From the NCBI GenBank assembly GCA_903913865.1, contig CAIWMU010000039.1, positions 24,793 through 88,792 of the forward strand: a stretch of 64,000 nucleotides of DNA, written 5' to 3'. This DNA comes from an uncultured Verrucomicrobia subdivision 3 bacterium. Lineage in GTDB: Bacteria; Verrucomicrobiota; Verrucomicrobiia; Limisphaerales; UBA8199. Positions 9,426-19,243 of this stretch are shown here, piece by piece. The number at the start of each line of letters is the position of its first letter. The first letter of the stretch is position 1. The notes under the pieces are model-generated. The model made no database searches. It saw only the letters and a program-made list of their open reading frames with translations, and was not told the origin of the DNA. Both the position numbers and the translations under genes were made by a program.

Positions 9426-12269
9426 TCAGTGGTTCGGGTCCAGAACAGTGAGATCCGCGCGCCTCGATTCCGGGGTCACGCGCAGCGATTGCATCCTGCC
9501 ATCCCGGAAGGATCCCTCAATGGTTGTTCTCTGCGGCGCATGGAGCTTGAAGTCCACATTCCAATTTGCCGGCCAGGCAGGCAGCAGGAAAATCTTCTGA
9601 CCATCGGTTTGCAGGAGCATCGACTGAAAGGCCTTCATAAGCACCCCGCCATGATCCTGATCGGGGGTCCAATCGTAGTTCGGCCCCCAGAACGCGGGGA
9701 ACCGCTCCCCGGCATCATGGCTTCCCGCCCGGCTGAGCACCGCCGCCCGGGCGTCCCCGGTCAGCCCCAGATAGGCCATGAAGATGTCATCCTGCCGCCA
9801 CCCGGAATGGCCCCGGTCCGACCGGTGCTCCAGCGCGGTGATGGCCCAATCCGGATTCGGCCTGTTGAAGGCAAACAGCCGGAATGGGAACACCGGGTAA
9901 AGCTCGGGATTTTCGACATTGGACTTCTGGGCGAAAAACTCAGCCGGGGCGAGGGCCTTCCGTCCGTCAATTTCCCGCACCGGCACCTCCGGCAATCGGG
10001 CCCGCAACTGCTGCCATAGTGCCCTGTCCGCCGCCGGCACCACCCTTGCAGGCAGGGCGAGCAGACGGTCCGCGACGGCGATGCAGCCCGCCACCTCGGG
10101 CGCGGCGTTCGTGCACTTCCACCAGGTTTCAAGCGCCTGACTCGGGTGCATCACCAGCCTGCCCTCCCCGTTCAAGGGATAGTGCTGGTTGAAAAAGGTC
10201 AGGATCTCCCGCGAGAACGGCAGCGCGGTCTCCCGCAGGAACCGGGCGTCCAGGGTGTGCGAATAATAGTCGAGCATCATCCAGCACAGCTCCAGACCCC
10301 CGACCCATTCCCACTTGTGCCAGCCGCTTTCCTGCAGCTTGTCCACCCGCTCGCTGAACGGGGTCCAGCCGTAGGTTTCGCTGAAGACCGCCCCCCAGAA
10401 CATGATGCACTCCGGATAAAAGGCCCCCTCGTGGTTCAGGTAGAGTTTCGTCCGGTATTTGCACAGGGGCAGCAGTTCATCCGCATACATGTGGAACAGC
10501 GGCCGCTGCAGGTCAAAATCGCCCGAGGTGGAGAGGCTGATGTAGGGCAGGCGTGTGTTCTGCCACCAGTAGCCCGGACCCCAGCGGCGGTAGTCCGGAT
10601 CCGCCTCCGTGGGACCGGGCGGCACAGTGAACAGGGACCCGTTGAACTTGATCGGATACGCCCCTCGACCGGCACACGCCGTGATGAAGCGCTGGAGATG
10701 ATACATCTGGCTCACCCGCGCAGCTTCGTCCCGGCCATCCTTGCGGGGACTGTCCCCTGCGGCCAGTCCATTGATGAGCATCTGGCACTGACCCGAAGGT
10801 CCCACCACCGCCGCAACGTGTGTCCACTCGCCCGCAGGAAGGGCGTCCGCCTGATCCAGTTCCACCTGACCGCAGATGAGCCGGAGGCTGTTGCCTGGGT
10901 GCGTGTCAAACAGGAACCCATCCCGGCTGCCCGCAGTGATCTTGTCGAGAAGGCGGGCCCCGCCTCCCCCCAGCTTGCCAGGATTCACCCACGCCTCAAT
11001 CGTCAACCCGGATGAAAAATCCCAGGCGGCGGAATTGGAGATCACCTGCACCGCCGCATCCACACCTTTGAAGAGCAGCCCGGCACCCGCCGCAACCACC
11101 TCATGCCGGTCCCGCTTTGCGAGTTCCTGAATCTCCCGGTCCGCCAGTGCCCGCCCATACACGCTGATCCGTCCAATCTCACCGGAAAAGCGGTTCGCCC
11201 CCTGCTGGTCCATGCCGATCCGCACCTCATGCTTGTTCGCGGGGATCCGGTCCTGCCCGCTTCCGGCCTTCCGCAATGGCGCCTCTGCCAGGGCGGTGTT
11301 GGTGCTCACGGAGGCCCGGATCCAGCTCCGGTTCCAGAATTCACGCCACCAGCCCTCGTGCGCCACCCGGCGTTCGGCAAAACTCCGCCCCTCCACCTGA
11401 CGGATGGTCCTGTCCATCTCCCCCACCCATTCCTTCGGCGTTGAAGGGTGCCGGGTCAGCACGAACACGCTGAACCGGTGTGACTTGCCCCGGGGGGACT
11501 GCAACCGCAGATCATCCAGCCGCTTCCCTTTGGCCGCCGTGATGACCGCCCCGAAGGTTCGCCCCAGCAGCGGATCGGCCTGTTGAAATCCGGTCAATCC
11601 CTGCAACTCCGCCAGAATCTGCGGTCCCACCGATTTAATGTTGTGATGATACCAGCCCACACGGGCGGACTGCCGGCCCAGCACCACATCCGGCTCGATG
11701 AAATTCTCCGTCGTGGTTTTGCCCGGCGCCTTGCGGTTGAGCATCACGTCGCTGGTCTGCAACTCCACCAGTTCCTGCCGGTTCGTCCGCCACAATTCCA
11801 CAAAAGCCGTGGCCTCAAACGGCCTGGCACCCTCCGCCGTGACCTGTATCACCGGATGATTCGCATCCACCCACAGGCGCACTGTGGCGGGATCCCCCCC
11901 TTTTGCATCCTCCGATTTGAACTCAATACACCCCTCCGCCAGCTTCAACTCCTGATGGAAGCGTCTTCCCATCTCGAGTAACGACCGGGTTAAATGAACA
12001 CGAACCTTACCCACCTTCACCAGCCGGGCGTTGTCATCCCATGCGTCGGTCTTGCTGATGTAAAAGTGCAGGTCCCCATCGTTGCTCATCCACGCATTCA
12101 GGGCGACATCCCCGTTGCCCAGAGGCATCGATCCGTGATGGTTGGTTCCCGGCGTGTCCCACGCCACATCAAAGGCGTCCACAGGCGCACCCGCCGCCGC
12201 CACGATCCCGGCCGCCATGGCCAGACCGGTGGCGCACCACACCCGAACCTGTTTCGTCAGTCGCTTCAT
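9426..12269 (-). CDS. Secreted GH95-like/DUF5703-type putative glycosidase with inserted LamG-like module
   Basis: Signal peptide present. The N-terminus WDTPGTNHHGSMPLGNGDVALNAW...FYISKTDAWDDNARLVKVGKVRVHL is DUF5703_N/GH95-N-like. An internal concanavalin-like module lies at residues ~342-510. Confidence 0.65.
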   Translation of the reverse strand: MKRLTKQVRVWCATGLAMAAGIVAAAGAPVDAFDVAWDTPGTNHHGSMPLGNGDVALNAWMSNDGDLHFYISKTDAWDDNARLVKVGKVRVHLTRSLLEMGRRFHQELKLAEGCIEFKSEDAKGGDPATVRLWVDANHPVIQVTAEGARPFEATAFVELWRTNRQELVELQTSDVMLNRKAPGKTTTENFIEPDVVLGRQSARVGWYHHNIKSVGPQILAELQGLTGFQQADPLLGRTFGAVITAAKGKRLDDLRLQSPRGKSHRFSVFVLTRHPSTPKEWVGEMDRTIRQVEGRSFAERRVAHEGWWREFWNRSWIRASVSTNTALAEAPLRKAGSGQDRIPANKHEVRIGMDQQGANRFSGEIGRISVYGRALADREIQELAKRDRHEVVAAGAGLLFKGVDAAVQVISNSAAWDFSSGLTIEAWVNPGKLGGGGARLLDKITAGSRDGFLFDTHPGNSLRLICGQVELDQADALPAGEWTHVAAVVGPSGQCQMLINGLAAGDSPRKDGRDEAARVSQMYHLQRFITACAGRGAYPIKFNGSLFTVPPGPTEADPDYRRWGPGYWWQNTRLPYISLSTSGDFDLQRPLFHMYADELLPLCKYRTKLYLNHEGAFYPECIMFWGAVFSETYGWTPFSERVDKLQESGWHKWEWVGGLELCWMMLDYYSHTLDARFLRETALPFSREILTFFNQHYPLNGEGRLVMHPSQALETWWKCTNAAPEVAGCIAVADRLLALPARVVPAADRALWQQLRARLPEVPVREIDGRKALAPAEFFAQKSNVENPELYPVFPFRLFAFNRPNPDWAITALEHRSDRGHSGWRQDDIFMAYLGLTGDARAAVLSRAGSHDAGERFPAFWGPNYDWTPDQDHGGVLMKAFQSMLLQTDGQKIFLLPAWPANWNVDFKLHAPQRTTIEGSFRDGRMQSLRVTPESRRADLTVLDPNH

Positions 12270-14092
12270 TTTGCCTTTTTCAAAATCAATTCGTCATCCA
12301 CCGCTACGCTGTAGTCGCGCAGCCGAAAGTAGGTCGCCCTGCCCTCCGGATCGGGAAACTCGCTCAGGGTGAGCGAATAATCCCCCTTCTGCCCGACCGC
12401 AAAGCCCGGCTTCCAGGCCTGCACCCGGCAGCCCACACCACCGGGTCGCACCGCATCGCTCACGACCGGTTCCCCAAGGGATACAGGATCCAGCGCCAAC
12501 TGCCCCAGCTCAATACCGTCCAGCTTCGCAAGAGCCTGATTCGGCCGGGGATCCAGACAGAACACCTGCGGACCGCGCATGACCGCCACCCGGCCCGCCT
12601 GGCGCTGCCGCCCCTTCACAAGCCGCCACGCCATCGGAAGCTCCAGTCGCACCTCGTCCCCGGCTTTCCACTCCCGGCTGACCGTGAAAAATTCCCCCGC
12701 CTTCACGATCCCCTTCGCCGCTTTCCCATTGATGGTCACAGTCGCCTTGTCCGCCCACGCAGGAATTCTTAACTGCAGCGGGAACACCACGGGCCGGGCC
12801 GGATCCAGCCTGAGCACGACGCTTCCCTTGCGGGGATATTCCGTTTCCTGGCGAATCGCCAGTGGAACATCCCTGCCCACCGTCAGCTTCCCCTGCGCCG
12901 GTGTGTAAAGGTTCACGGCAACCCCCTGCCCCGCCCGGTAAAAGACCATGGCAGGCAGTTCAGCCACGATCCGACGGAAATTGCACGGACAGCAATAGGT
13001 ATCGGTATCCCAATACACTCGCCCCCCCTCCGTCGGCGCGAAATAGCGCAACCGGCGGCCATCAGGGGATTGCGCGGCAAAAAGCGCATTCCAGATCGTC
13101 CGCTCCATCAAATCCCCCATCCGCGGATCGGCCCTGAGGCGGAGGAGGCTGTCATAAAGCCTGAGTTGATAGGCCGTCGCGCAGGTCTCCCCCAGGTCGC
13201 CCCGCCCGTCCTGGTCATCCGTCCAGATCTCGCACTGACCGGTTCCTCCGGTGATGTGCATCCCCTCTCCATGCAGCATGAATTCCACGGCACGATCCGC
13301 CTGGGAGGTCAGATGCCGGTCGGGGTGGGTGCGGCACAACTCAAGCTGTGCCAGCGACCGCGCCATGTAGGCATAGATGTGGCCCTCAATCCCCGCCCTC
13401 CGGCCCACCACAATCGGCAGTTCCCATTCCCGCAACCGCCGCGCCTGCACCACAAAGTCCGTATATGTCGCAGCCCCCGTCTGCCGCCCCAGTTCCAGCA
13501 TCGTCCGCTCCAGCCCGGTGAATGCCACATGCGGTGCAATCTCCCCGCCCTTCCCCCAGTCCGCCGGCATCTCGCTCCAATGGTTCACCAGATAATCGGC
13601 CGCCTTCCGCGCTGCATGCAGGGACCGTCCATCCCCGAAATATTTGTGGTCGGCGAGCAGTCCCCAGATGATGTAGCCCAACTCGTGGGTATCCCACAGA
13701 CCCCAGATCCGCTGGGCGGGCGCCATGATCCCGATGTAGCCATCGGCCTCCTGCGTTTTGATGGTCTCCTCAACCAGATGCCGCTTCAACTCCAGCACTC
13801 GCGGATCTCCCGTTGATGCGGCGAACCTCACCGTGGCATCAATCAGCTTCCCCAGACCCACATACCCGTCCTTCGCCTTCCGGGTCTTGAAAGGCTGGAG
13901 AAAGTCCCTGTCCGCATCCAGCACAAGCAGGTTGTTGGTGATCGTCACGGCAATCCTCCGTCCGATCTCACCCCCGGCCTGCACATCGCCCAAATCCAAC
14001 GGCACGAACATGTCGGCTCCCCGGCTTTCCAGCCCGGCCACGCAGAGGGCAGCCAGACAGGCTGTTCCCAGGATTGTTCCAAATGGTTTCAT
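12266..14092 (-). CDS. Glycoside hydrolase family 127 (DUF1680; beta-L-arabinofuranosidase-type)
   Basis: Start set to ATG 14092 (MKPFGTILGTACLAALCVAG signal peptide). It carries the Cys-rich GH127 motifs GETCATAYQL and YCCPCNFRR. Confidence 0.85.
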   Translation of the reverse strand: MKPFGTILGTACLAALCVAGLESRGADMFVPLDLGDVQAGGEIGRRIAVTITNNLLVLDADRDFLQPFKTRKAKDGYVGLGKLIDATVRFAASTGDPRVLELKRHLVEETIKTQEADGYIGIMAPAQRIWGLWDTHELGYIIWGLLADHKYFGDGRSLHAARKAADYLVNHWSEMPADWGKGGEIAPHVAFTGLERTMLELGRQTGAATYTDFVVQARRLREWELPIVVGRRAGIEGHIYAYMARSLAQLELCRTHPDRHLTSQADRAVEFMLHGEGMHITGGTGQCEIWTDDQDGRGDLGETCATAYQLRLYDSLLRLRADPRMGDLMERTIWNALFAAQSPDGRRLRYFAPTEGGRVYWDTDTYCCPCNFRRIVAELPAMVFYRAGQGVAVNLYTPAQGKLTVGRDVPLAIRQETEYPRKGSVVLRLDPARPVVFPLQLRIPAWADKATVTINGKAAKGIVKAGEFFTVSREWKAGDEVRLELPMAWRLVKGRQRQAGRVAVMRGPQVFCLDPRPNQALAKLDGIELGQLALDPVSLGEPVVSDAVRPGGVGCRVQAWKPGFAVGQKGDYSLTLSEFPDPEGRATYFRLRDYSVAVDDELILKKAK

Positions 14093-14143
14093 CCAAATCA
14101 CCTTGGTTCGCTCATCCGTTCCACCTGCCGTTTCGGCACCGGG

Positions 14144-15373
14144 TCACACCGGTTCCTCAAATTCCCCAAGCCGGATCGGGTAGCGGCCATGCTCCCGGAC
14201 GAGGTTCACGATGTAGTCGTAGGTGTGGCCGGAGACCGCGCTGCTCACGGAATGGTCCGATTGGAAAATATAGCCGCCCCCTTTGGCCGCGTTCAACTTG
14301 CGCAGGACCTCCCTGCGGATGGCCTCCCGGTCCCCGCTCTCCCACACCTGCATGTCGCTGTTCCCGCAAAATCCGATCCGGTGCCCATACTGGCGTCGCA
14401 GCTCGACGGCATCCATCCCGGCCTTCACCTCCAGCGGATTATAGGCATCGATCTTCATGTCGATGTAATCCTCGAAGATGGCCTTCACATTCCCGCATCC
14501 ATGGTAGATCACCGGCAGCCCGGCCGCATGCGCCGCCTCCGCCATCTGCCTGACCCACGGCTTGAAATACTCGCGCCAATAGCGCGGCGACATGAAGGTG
14601 CATTTCTTGTAGGCCACATCACCCCAGATCACAAACCCGTCCAGCAGCCCGGCCCCGGCCTCCAGTTCGGCCAGGGTCATCTCCAGGTAGAAGGCCCCGA
14701 TCCGGTTGATGATCTCCCCCATCCGCTCCGGATGCTCCGCCATCCAGAGCATCGTGTTCTCCTGCCCGATCAACCGCGTGAGGCACTCGCTCACCTCGAT
14801 GATGCTGCCATACACAGGGAAGTCCGGCCGGAGCGATTTCACGGTCTCGATCCACGGCGGCGAATTGCGCTGGAACCCGTCCCCGACCCCGGCAATCTGG
14901 TTGTCCCCCGCCGAATGGAACCGACGCGCATCGCGGGGATCGTCAAACCGGGCGGCTTCCAGTTTCTCAAAACTGTCCGTCTCCCAGGAGTGCATCTCCG
15001 GCATGGGAAACTCGAAGTGCTTGTGCATGATCGCACCAAACCCGGTCTTCACCACGATCTCCTCCGGCGTTTCGCGGATCGTCTCAAACGGACGGATCCA
15101 CGGGTCCATGTTCGGGACCGTCACAATCCAGTCGAGGTCGTAGTGGTAGTAGGGGCTGGCATCGGCCGGAAGGCCCAGTTCCCGCCGCCAGCGCTCGGTG
15201 AATCCGCCCCAGAAGAAGTCACTGATGGGCACACGGTCCGGCTCCTGGTGCAACAGGGCCTTGTTCATGCGCTCGAGCTTGCGCAGGGCGGTTTCCTTGC
15301 GCTCGCAGGGGATCTCCCTGCCCGCTGTGTTGAACATGCTCATGGTCTTGATGTCCAGCATCCCGCTTTGCAT
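14144..15373 (-). CDS. URO-D fold family protein, second copy, not HemE-like
   Basis: HQEPDRVPISDFFWGGF..., IYHGCGNV and YIFQSDHSV are present, with no PxWxMRQAGR signature. The start is ambiguous among ATGs at 15373, 15361, 15343 and 15337. Confidence 0.75.
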   Translation of the reverse strand: MQSGMLDIKTMSMFNTAGREIPCERKETALRKLERMNKALLHQEPDRVPISDFFWGGFTERWRRELGLPADASPYYHYDLDWIVTVPNMDPWIRPFETIRETPEEIVVKTGFGAIMHKHFEFPMPEMHSWETDSFEKLEAARFDDPRDARRFHSAGDNQIAGVGDGFQRNSPPWIETVKSLRPDFPVYGSIIEVSECLTRLIGQENTMLWMAEHPERMGEIINRIGAFYLEMTLAELEAGAGLLDGFVIWGDVAYKKCTFMSPRYWREYFKPWVRQMAEAAHAAGLPVIYHGCGNVKAIFEDYIDMKIDAYNPLEVKAGMDAVELRRQYGHRIGFCGNSDMQVWESGDREAIRREVLRKLNAAKGGGYIFQSDHSVSSAVSGHTYDYIVNLVREHGRYPIRLGEFEEPV

Positions 15374-15402
15374 GCAGCGGGTCAATCCCGACCTTTTGAA
15401 GG

Positions 15403-15804
15403 CTACTTCAGGAAGTAAACCTCCTTGGTGTCGCCCCAGATCTTCCCCTTCGCAGCGGCATCCGGCAGGGGGGATTGGCACGGGTCGGTCTCCTTCCACC
15501 AGCGCACGGTCTCCGGATCGCCCGCCATCCGCTTCATGTCGGCCTCAAAGTTCTTCCCGGTGTATTCAAGATACGCAAACAGGTAGGTCTGCCCGTTGAT
15601 CTCCCGCTCGTGGATCGAGAAGTTCTGAATGTTGCAGGCCTTGATCATCCGGTTCACGGAAGGCCACGGATGGGCGTGCAGATCCCGGTAATAGGCCGCC
15701 TTCTCCGGCTTCAGCCCGGTGACCCAGGCGTAGCGCTGCGGAGCGGGACGCGTGGCGCAACCGGAGAGGATCAGCGCCAGCAGCAGACATTGGATGCTTT
15801 TCAT
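15403..15804 (-). CDS. Rhamnose-mutarotase-family protein with lipoprotein signal peptide
   Basis: Starts at ATG 15804 with MKSIQCLLLALILSGC (lipobox LSGC). The body is DUF718-like: YAWVTGLKPEKAAYYRDLHAHPWPSVNRMIKACNIQNFSIHE...FAYLEYTGKNFEADM. Confidence 0.8.
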   Translation of the reverse strand: MKSIQCLLLALILSGCATRPAPQRYAWVTGLKPEKAAYYRDLHAHPWPSVNRMIKACNIQNFSIHEREINGQTYLFAYLEYTGKNFEADMKRMAGDPETVRWWKETDPCQSPLPDAAAKGKIWGDTKEVYFLK

Positions 15805-15811
15805 AAAAGGC

Positions 15812-17515
15812 TCATCTGAACACCACATACAACACCGCGAACACGATCAACACCGCAAGCGTTGCCGTGCGGTAGTTGCCCAAACCCCTGCCACCGGCCT
15901 CCCCGCGCAACGGCTCACGCCAATCCTCCCAGATCAGCGGTCGGGCTGATTCCTTGAGCGGCTCCGGGAACAGGAAGGTCGTGATGACCATGATCGCGAT
16001 GCAGGCCACCAGCAGTAGAAACGCAATGAGCATGAAGTCGCCGCGATAGATGTTGTTCCAATCCAGGTAGAAGGCCACAAACCCCAGTCCCATCCCGCCC
16101 ACCAGGGTGAGGAAGGCCGATTTGCCCGATGGCCTCTTCCAAAACACCCCCAGCAGGAACACGGCGGTGATCGGCGGTGCGACATAGGAAATCAGCTTGT
16201 TGATCCCCTCAAAGATCGTCGTGTAATGCCCAAAGAGCGGTGAGGCGACAATCGCCAGAACCGTCCCGATGACGGTGGTCACCTTGCCAATGGTCACCAG
16301 CTTTTTATCAGTGATATCCGGCTTGTGGCGCTTGAACAGGTCGTAGGCCACGAGCGTGGCGGTGGAGTTCAATGCGGCCGAGCAGGTCTGCATGGCTGCC
16401 GCGAGCATCGCCGCCGCCACCAACCCCTTCAGCCCCACCGGGAGCAGGTGGGTGATGAGGAATGTGTAGGTGTCCGCCGCTGTCTGGGGCGCCTCCCCGC
16501 CAAAGGCGTTCTTCTGCACAAGTGCCACACAGATGACCCCGGGCAGCACGAAGATGAACACCGGCCAGATCTTGAGGAAGGCGCAGAAGAGGGGCCCGAG
16601 CCGGGCGTGCCGCTCATCCTTCGCGGCCAGCACCCGCTGCACGATGGTCTGATCGCAGCACCAATACCAGATGCCGAGCACGGGATAGCCGAGCAGGATC
16701 GAATACCAGGCCAGCCCCGAGGGATCGCTCGCGCTGCGGGCCATGTTAAGGAAGTTGCCGGTGCCCCACGTGACTTTGCTGTCAGCCACGCTGGCCAGGG
16801 GATGCGGATTTGTCGCCAGGGTGTGCACCAGCTCGGACCACCCGCCAATCTTCTGCCAACCCACCACCGTAATGACCACCGCACCAATCAGCAGCAGGAC
16901 GGTCTGCACACTCTCAGTCCAGACGACTGCCAGCAACCCTCCCAGCATCGTGTAAACCCCCGTCAGCAGGCCCAGCAGGACGATGAAGAGCATCAGGGCA
17001 TCCACCCCGAACAGGGTCGCCCCCGGCGCAAGCCCCACAATGCCGCGAAGGACCCAGGCCGCCGTGTAAAGGGCCACACCCATGTGAATCACAATCGCCG
17101 AAAACAGGGACACCACCGACAGCACATCCCGGCAGGGTCGGTTGAACCGTCGTTCAAGAAAATCCGGCAGTGTCGCCACTTTGGATCTCAGGTAGAGCGG
17201 GGCGAAAAACAGGGAGAGCAGAATCAGGGTGAACCCCGCCATCCACTCAAAATTTCCAAAGACCAGCCCGAACTTGTAGGCCGTCTCCGCAAGGCTCACC
17301 AGGTGGACGGTCGAGATGTTCGCCGCGAACATCGCGAGGCCAATCACCGGCCAGGTAAGTGTGTTTCCGGCGAGAAAATAATGCCCGCCATCCCCGCCGG
17401 TTTCCCCCTTGCGCCGCACAAATCCCGCCCCCACACCCAGCCCGACGACGGCAAGCAGGTAGGCCCCGATGATCGCCCAATCGAGCTGGCTTACAGAACT
17501 GTTCATGGGGCTCAT
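15812..17515 (-). CDS. Sodium:solute symporter (SSS/SGLT) family transporter
   Basis: 567 aa, ~13-14 TM, with an N-terminus typical of the SSS family (DWAIIGAYLLAVVGLGVGAGF...YFLAGNTLTWPVIGLAMFAANIS). Confidence 0.9.
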   Translation of the reverse strand: MSPMNSSVSQLDWAIIGAYLLAVVGLGVGAGFVRRKGETGGDGGHYFLAGNTLTWPVIGLAMFAANISTVHLVSLAETAYKFGLVFGNFEWMAGFTLILLSLFFAPLYLRSKVATLPDFLERRFNRPCRDVLSVVSLFSAIVIHMGVALYTAAWVLRGIVGLAPGATLFGVDALMLFIVLLGLLTGVYTMLGGLLAVVWTESVQTVLLLIGAVVITVVGWQKIGGWSELVHTLATNPHPLASVADSKVTWGTGNFLNMARSASDPSGLAWYSILLGYPVLGIWYWCCDQTIVQRVLAAKDERHARLGPLFCAFLKIWPVFIFVLPGVICVALVQKNAFGGEAPQTAADTYTFLITHLLPVGLKGLVAAAMLAAAMQTCSAALNSTATLVAYDLFKRHKPDITDKKLVTIGKVTTVIGTVLAIVASPLFGHYTTIFEGINKLISYVAPPITAVFLLGVFWKRPSGKSAFLTLVGGMGLGFVAFYLDWNNIYRGDFMLIAFLLLVACIAIMVITTFLFPEPLKESARPLIWEDWREPLRGEAGGRGLGNYRTATLAVLIVFAVLYVVFR

Positions 17516-19182
17516 TTCTCGAACAGTTCAATCTCGCCAATCGTCGGCCCATCGGTCGCATCCAGTATGTTCAACCGGAACTCCTGCGCCTGGACCGGCT
17601 CAAACTTCTTCTGAAACCACTCACCGATCTTCTGCCCGGTGAAGATGGTTTTCCATTCGCTACCCTCACGATATTGGAACTCGAACTTTTGCACCCGCCC
17701 TCCAATGGCCTCCTCAATCCGCACCCGCTGGAGGGTCAACCGCTTGCCCAGATCCCACGCGATCCATGCCTGCTTCGTCCCGCCATCGGTCGCCCACCGC
17801 GACTCGCTGTCGTTGTCGAAGGCCATCGCAGGCCCGTATTCGTGAACCTGGTTCTGGTAAACATTGGATGCTGTCGCCTTGACCGTGGGTGCCATGGAGA
17901 CCGCCGGCAGTTCAGTCGCCGCACGGTCCAGCTCCAGCCGGATGACCGTGTCCACGGCATCCCGCTCCGCCGTCGGCACCGTCACCACCAGACTGCCATT
18001 TCCCTGCTTCACCGCCACCCGACCCCCGCCGAGGAGTGCGGCGCGGCTGACCTTGGCCCCGATGTCCGGCATCGTGAGGCTGTCGGAATCCCAACGGAAC
18101 ACATGCAGATAGATCGAGTTCCCCTTGCGCGTGCTCGCAAACGCCTTGGTCGGCTTCCACGGGCCGCCGCGTGTGCCATAAATGCTCTCCCCCTTGTTCC
18201 CAAGCCACTGGCCCATCTCCTTCAACCGCACCACCTGGCGCGGCTCAATCCGCCCGTCCGGCATCGGCCCGACGTTGAACAGCAGGTTTCCATCCCCGCC
18301 TGTGCAAAGTCCCAGCGTCTGCAGACATTCCTTGAGCGATTTCATTTCGTCATCCGGCTTCCAGGCCCACTGACGGCAGATGGTTATGCAGGACTCCCAC
18401 GGCCGGTTGTCCTGATACTTCCCCACCCGCTGCTCCGGTGTGTCGTGATCCTCCGGGGGACCCGTCCGGTTGTTGATGACGATCCCGGGCTGCAGGCCAC
18501 GGATGATCTTGATCAACCCCTCGCCATCATAGTCCTTGGAGGTCTTGCCAAGCCCGTCAAACCAGATGATGTCCAGCTTCCCGTAGTTGGAGCAGAGTTC
18601 GGTGACCTGCTGCTTGAGGTAGGCCAGGTATTTCTCATGCCGGTCCGGCGTGAAGGCATCCGGGTGCTGCCAGTTGGGCTGCGAATAGTAGAGCCCGAAC
18701 CTCATCCCCGCCTCATGGCAGGCATCCGCCAGTTCCTTCACCACATCCCGATGAAAGGGGCTCGCGGGGCTGGTGATCTTGTAGTCGTTGGCCTTGGTGT
18801 CGAACATGCTAAACCCGTCATGGTGGCGGCTCGTGAACACCATGTATTTCATCCCGGCCGCCTTCGCGATGGAGACCCATTCCCGGGCGTTGAAATTCGT
18901 CGGGTTGAATTCCTTGTAAAGGTTGTCATAGATCTCCACGGGAACCTCATTTCCACTGGATCCGTAACCCCGCCGCTCCCCGCCCCGCGACCACCCGATC
19001 TCCGTGCCCTTCAGGGAGACCGGCCCCCAGTGGATGAACATGCCGAACCTCGCATCGGCCCACCACGCCATGCGCTCCGGGTATGGCACTGGCCGGGAGG
19101 AAGGGTTGGATTCAGCAGCCTGGAGCAGTGTCGCGCCCAGAAGGGCGGCCGCCAGGCACAGTTGTTTGATTCCTGTTCTCAT
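17512..19182 (-). CDS. Alpha-L-fucosidase (GH29) with C-terminal F5/8 type C (discoidin) domain
   Basis: Start at ATG 19182 (MRTGIKQLCLAAALLGATLLQAAE). GH29 motifs FGMFIHWGP, HHDGFSMFDT and IIWFDG are present. The discoidin tail reads AFDNDSESRWATDGG...AWIAWDLG. Confidence 0.9.
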   Translation of the reverse strand: MRTGIKQLCLAAALLGATLLQAAESNPSSRPVPYPERMAWWADARFGMFIHWGPVSLKGTEIGWSRGGERRGYGSSGNEVPVEIYDNLYKEFNPTNFNAREWVSIAKAAGMKYMVFTSRHHDGFSMFDTKANDYKITSPASPFHRDVVKELADACHEAGMRFGLYYSQPNWQHPDAFTPDRHEKYLAYLKQQVTELCSNYGKLDIIWFDGLGKTSKDYDGEGLIKIIRGLQPGIVINNRTGPPEDHDTPEQRVGKYQDNRPWESCITICRQWAWKPDDEMKSLKECLQTLGLCTGGDGNLLFNVGPMPDGRIEPRQVVRLKEMGQWLGNKGESIYGTRGGPWKPTKAFASTRKGNSIYLHVFRWDSDSLTMPDIGAKVSRAALLGGGRVAVKQGNGSLVVTVPTAERDAVDTVIRLELDRAATELPAVSMAPTVKATASNVYQNQVHEYGPAMAFDNDSESRWATDGGTKQAWIAWDLGKRLTLQRVRIEEAIGGRVQKFEFQYREGSEWKTIFTGQKIGEWFQKKFEPVQAQEFRLNILDATDGPTIGEIELFEK

Positions 19183-19243
19183 GATTCTTTGTTCCTGTTC
19201 GATCTTGAATACCGTTTGAATACCGTCAAGCCAAACCCTGCGG

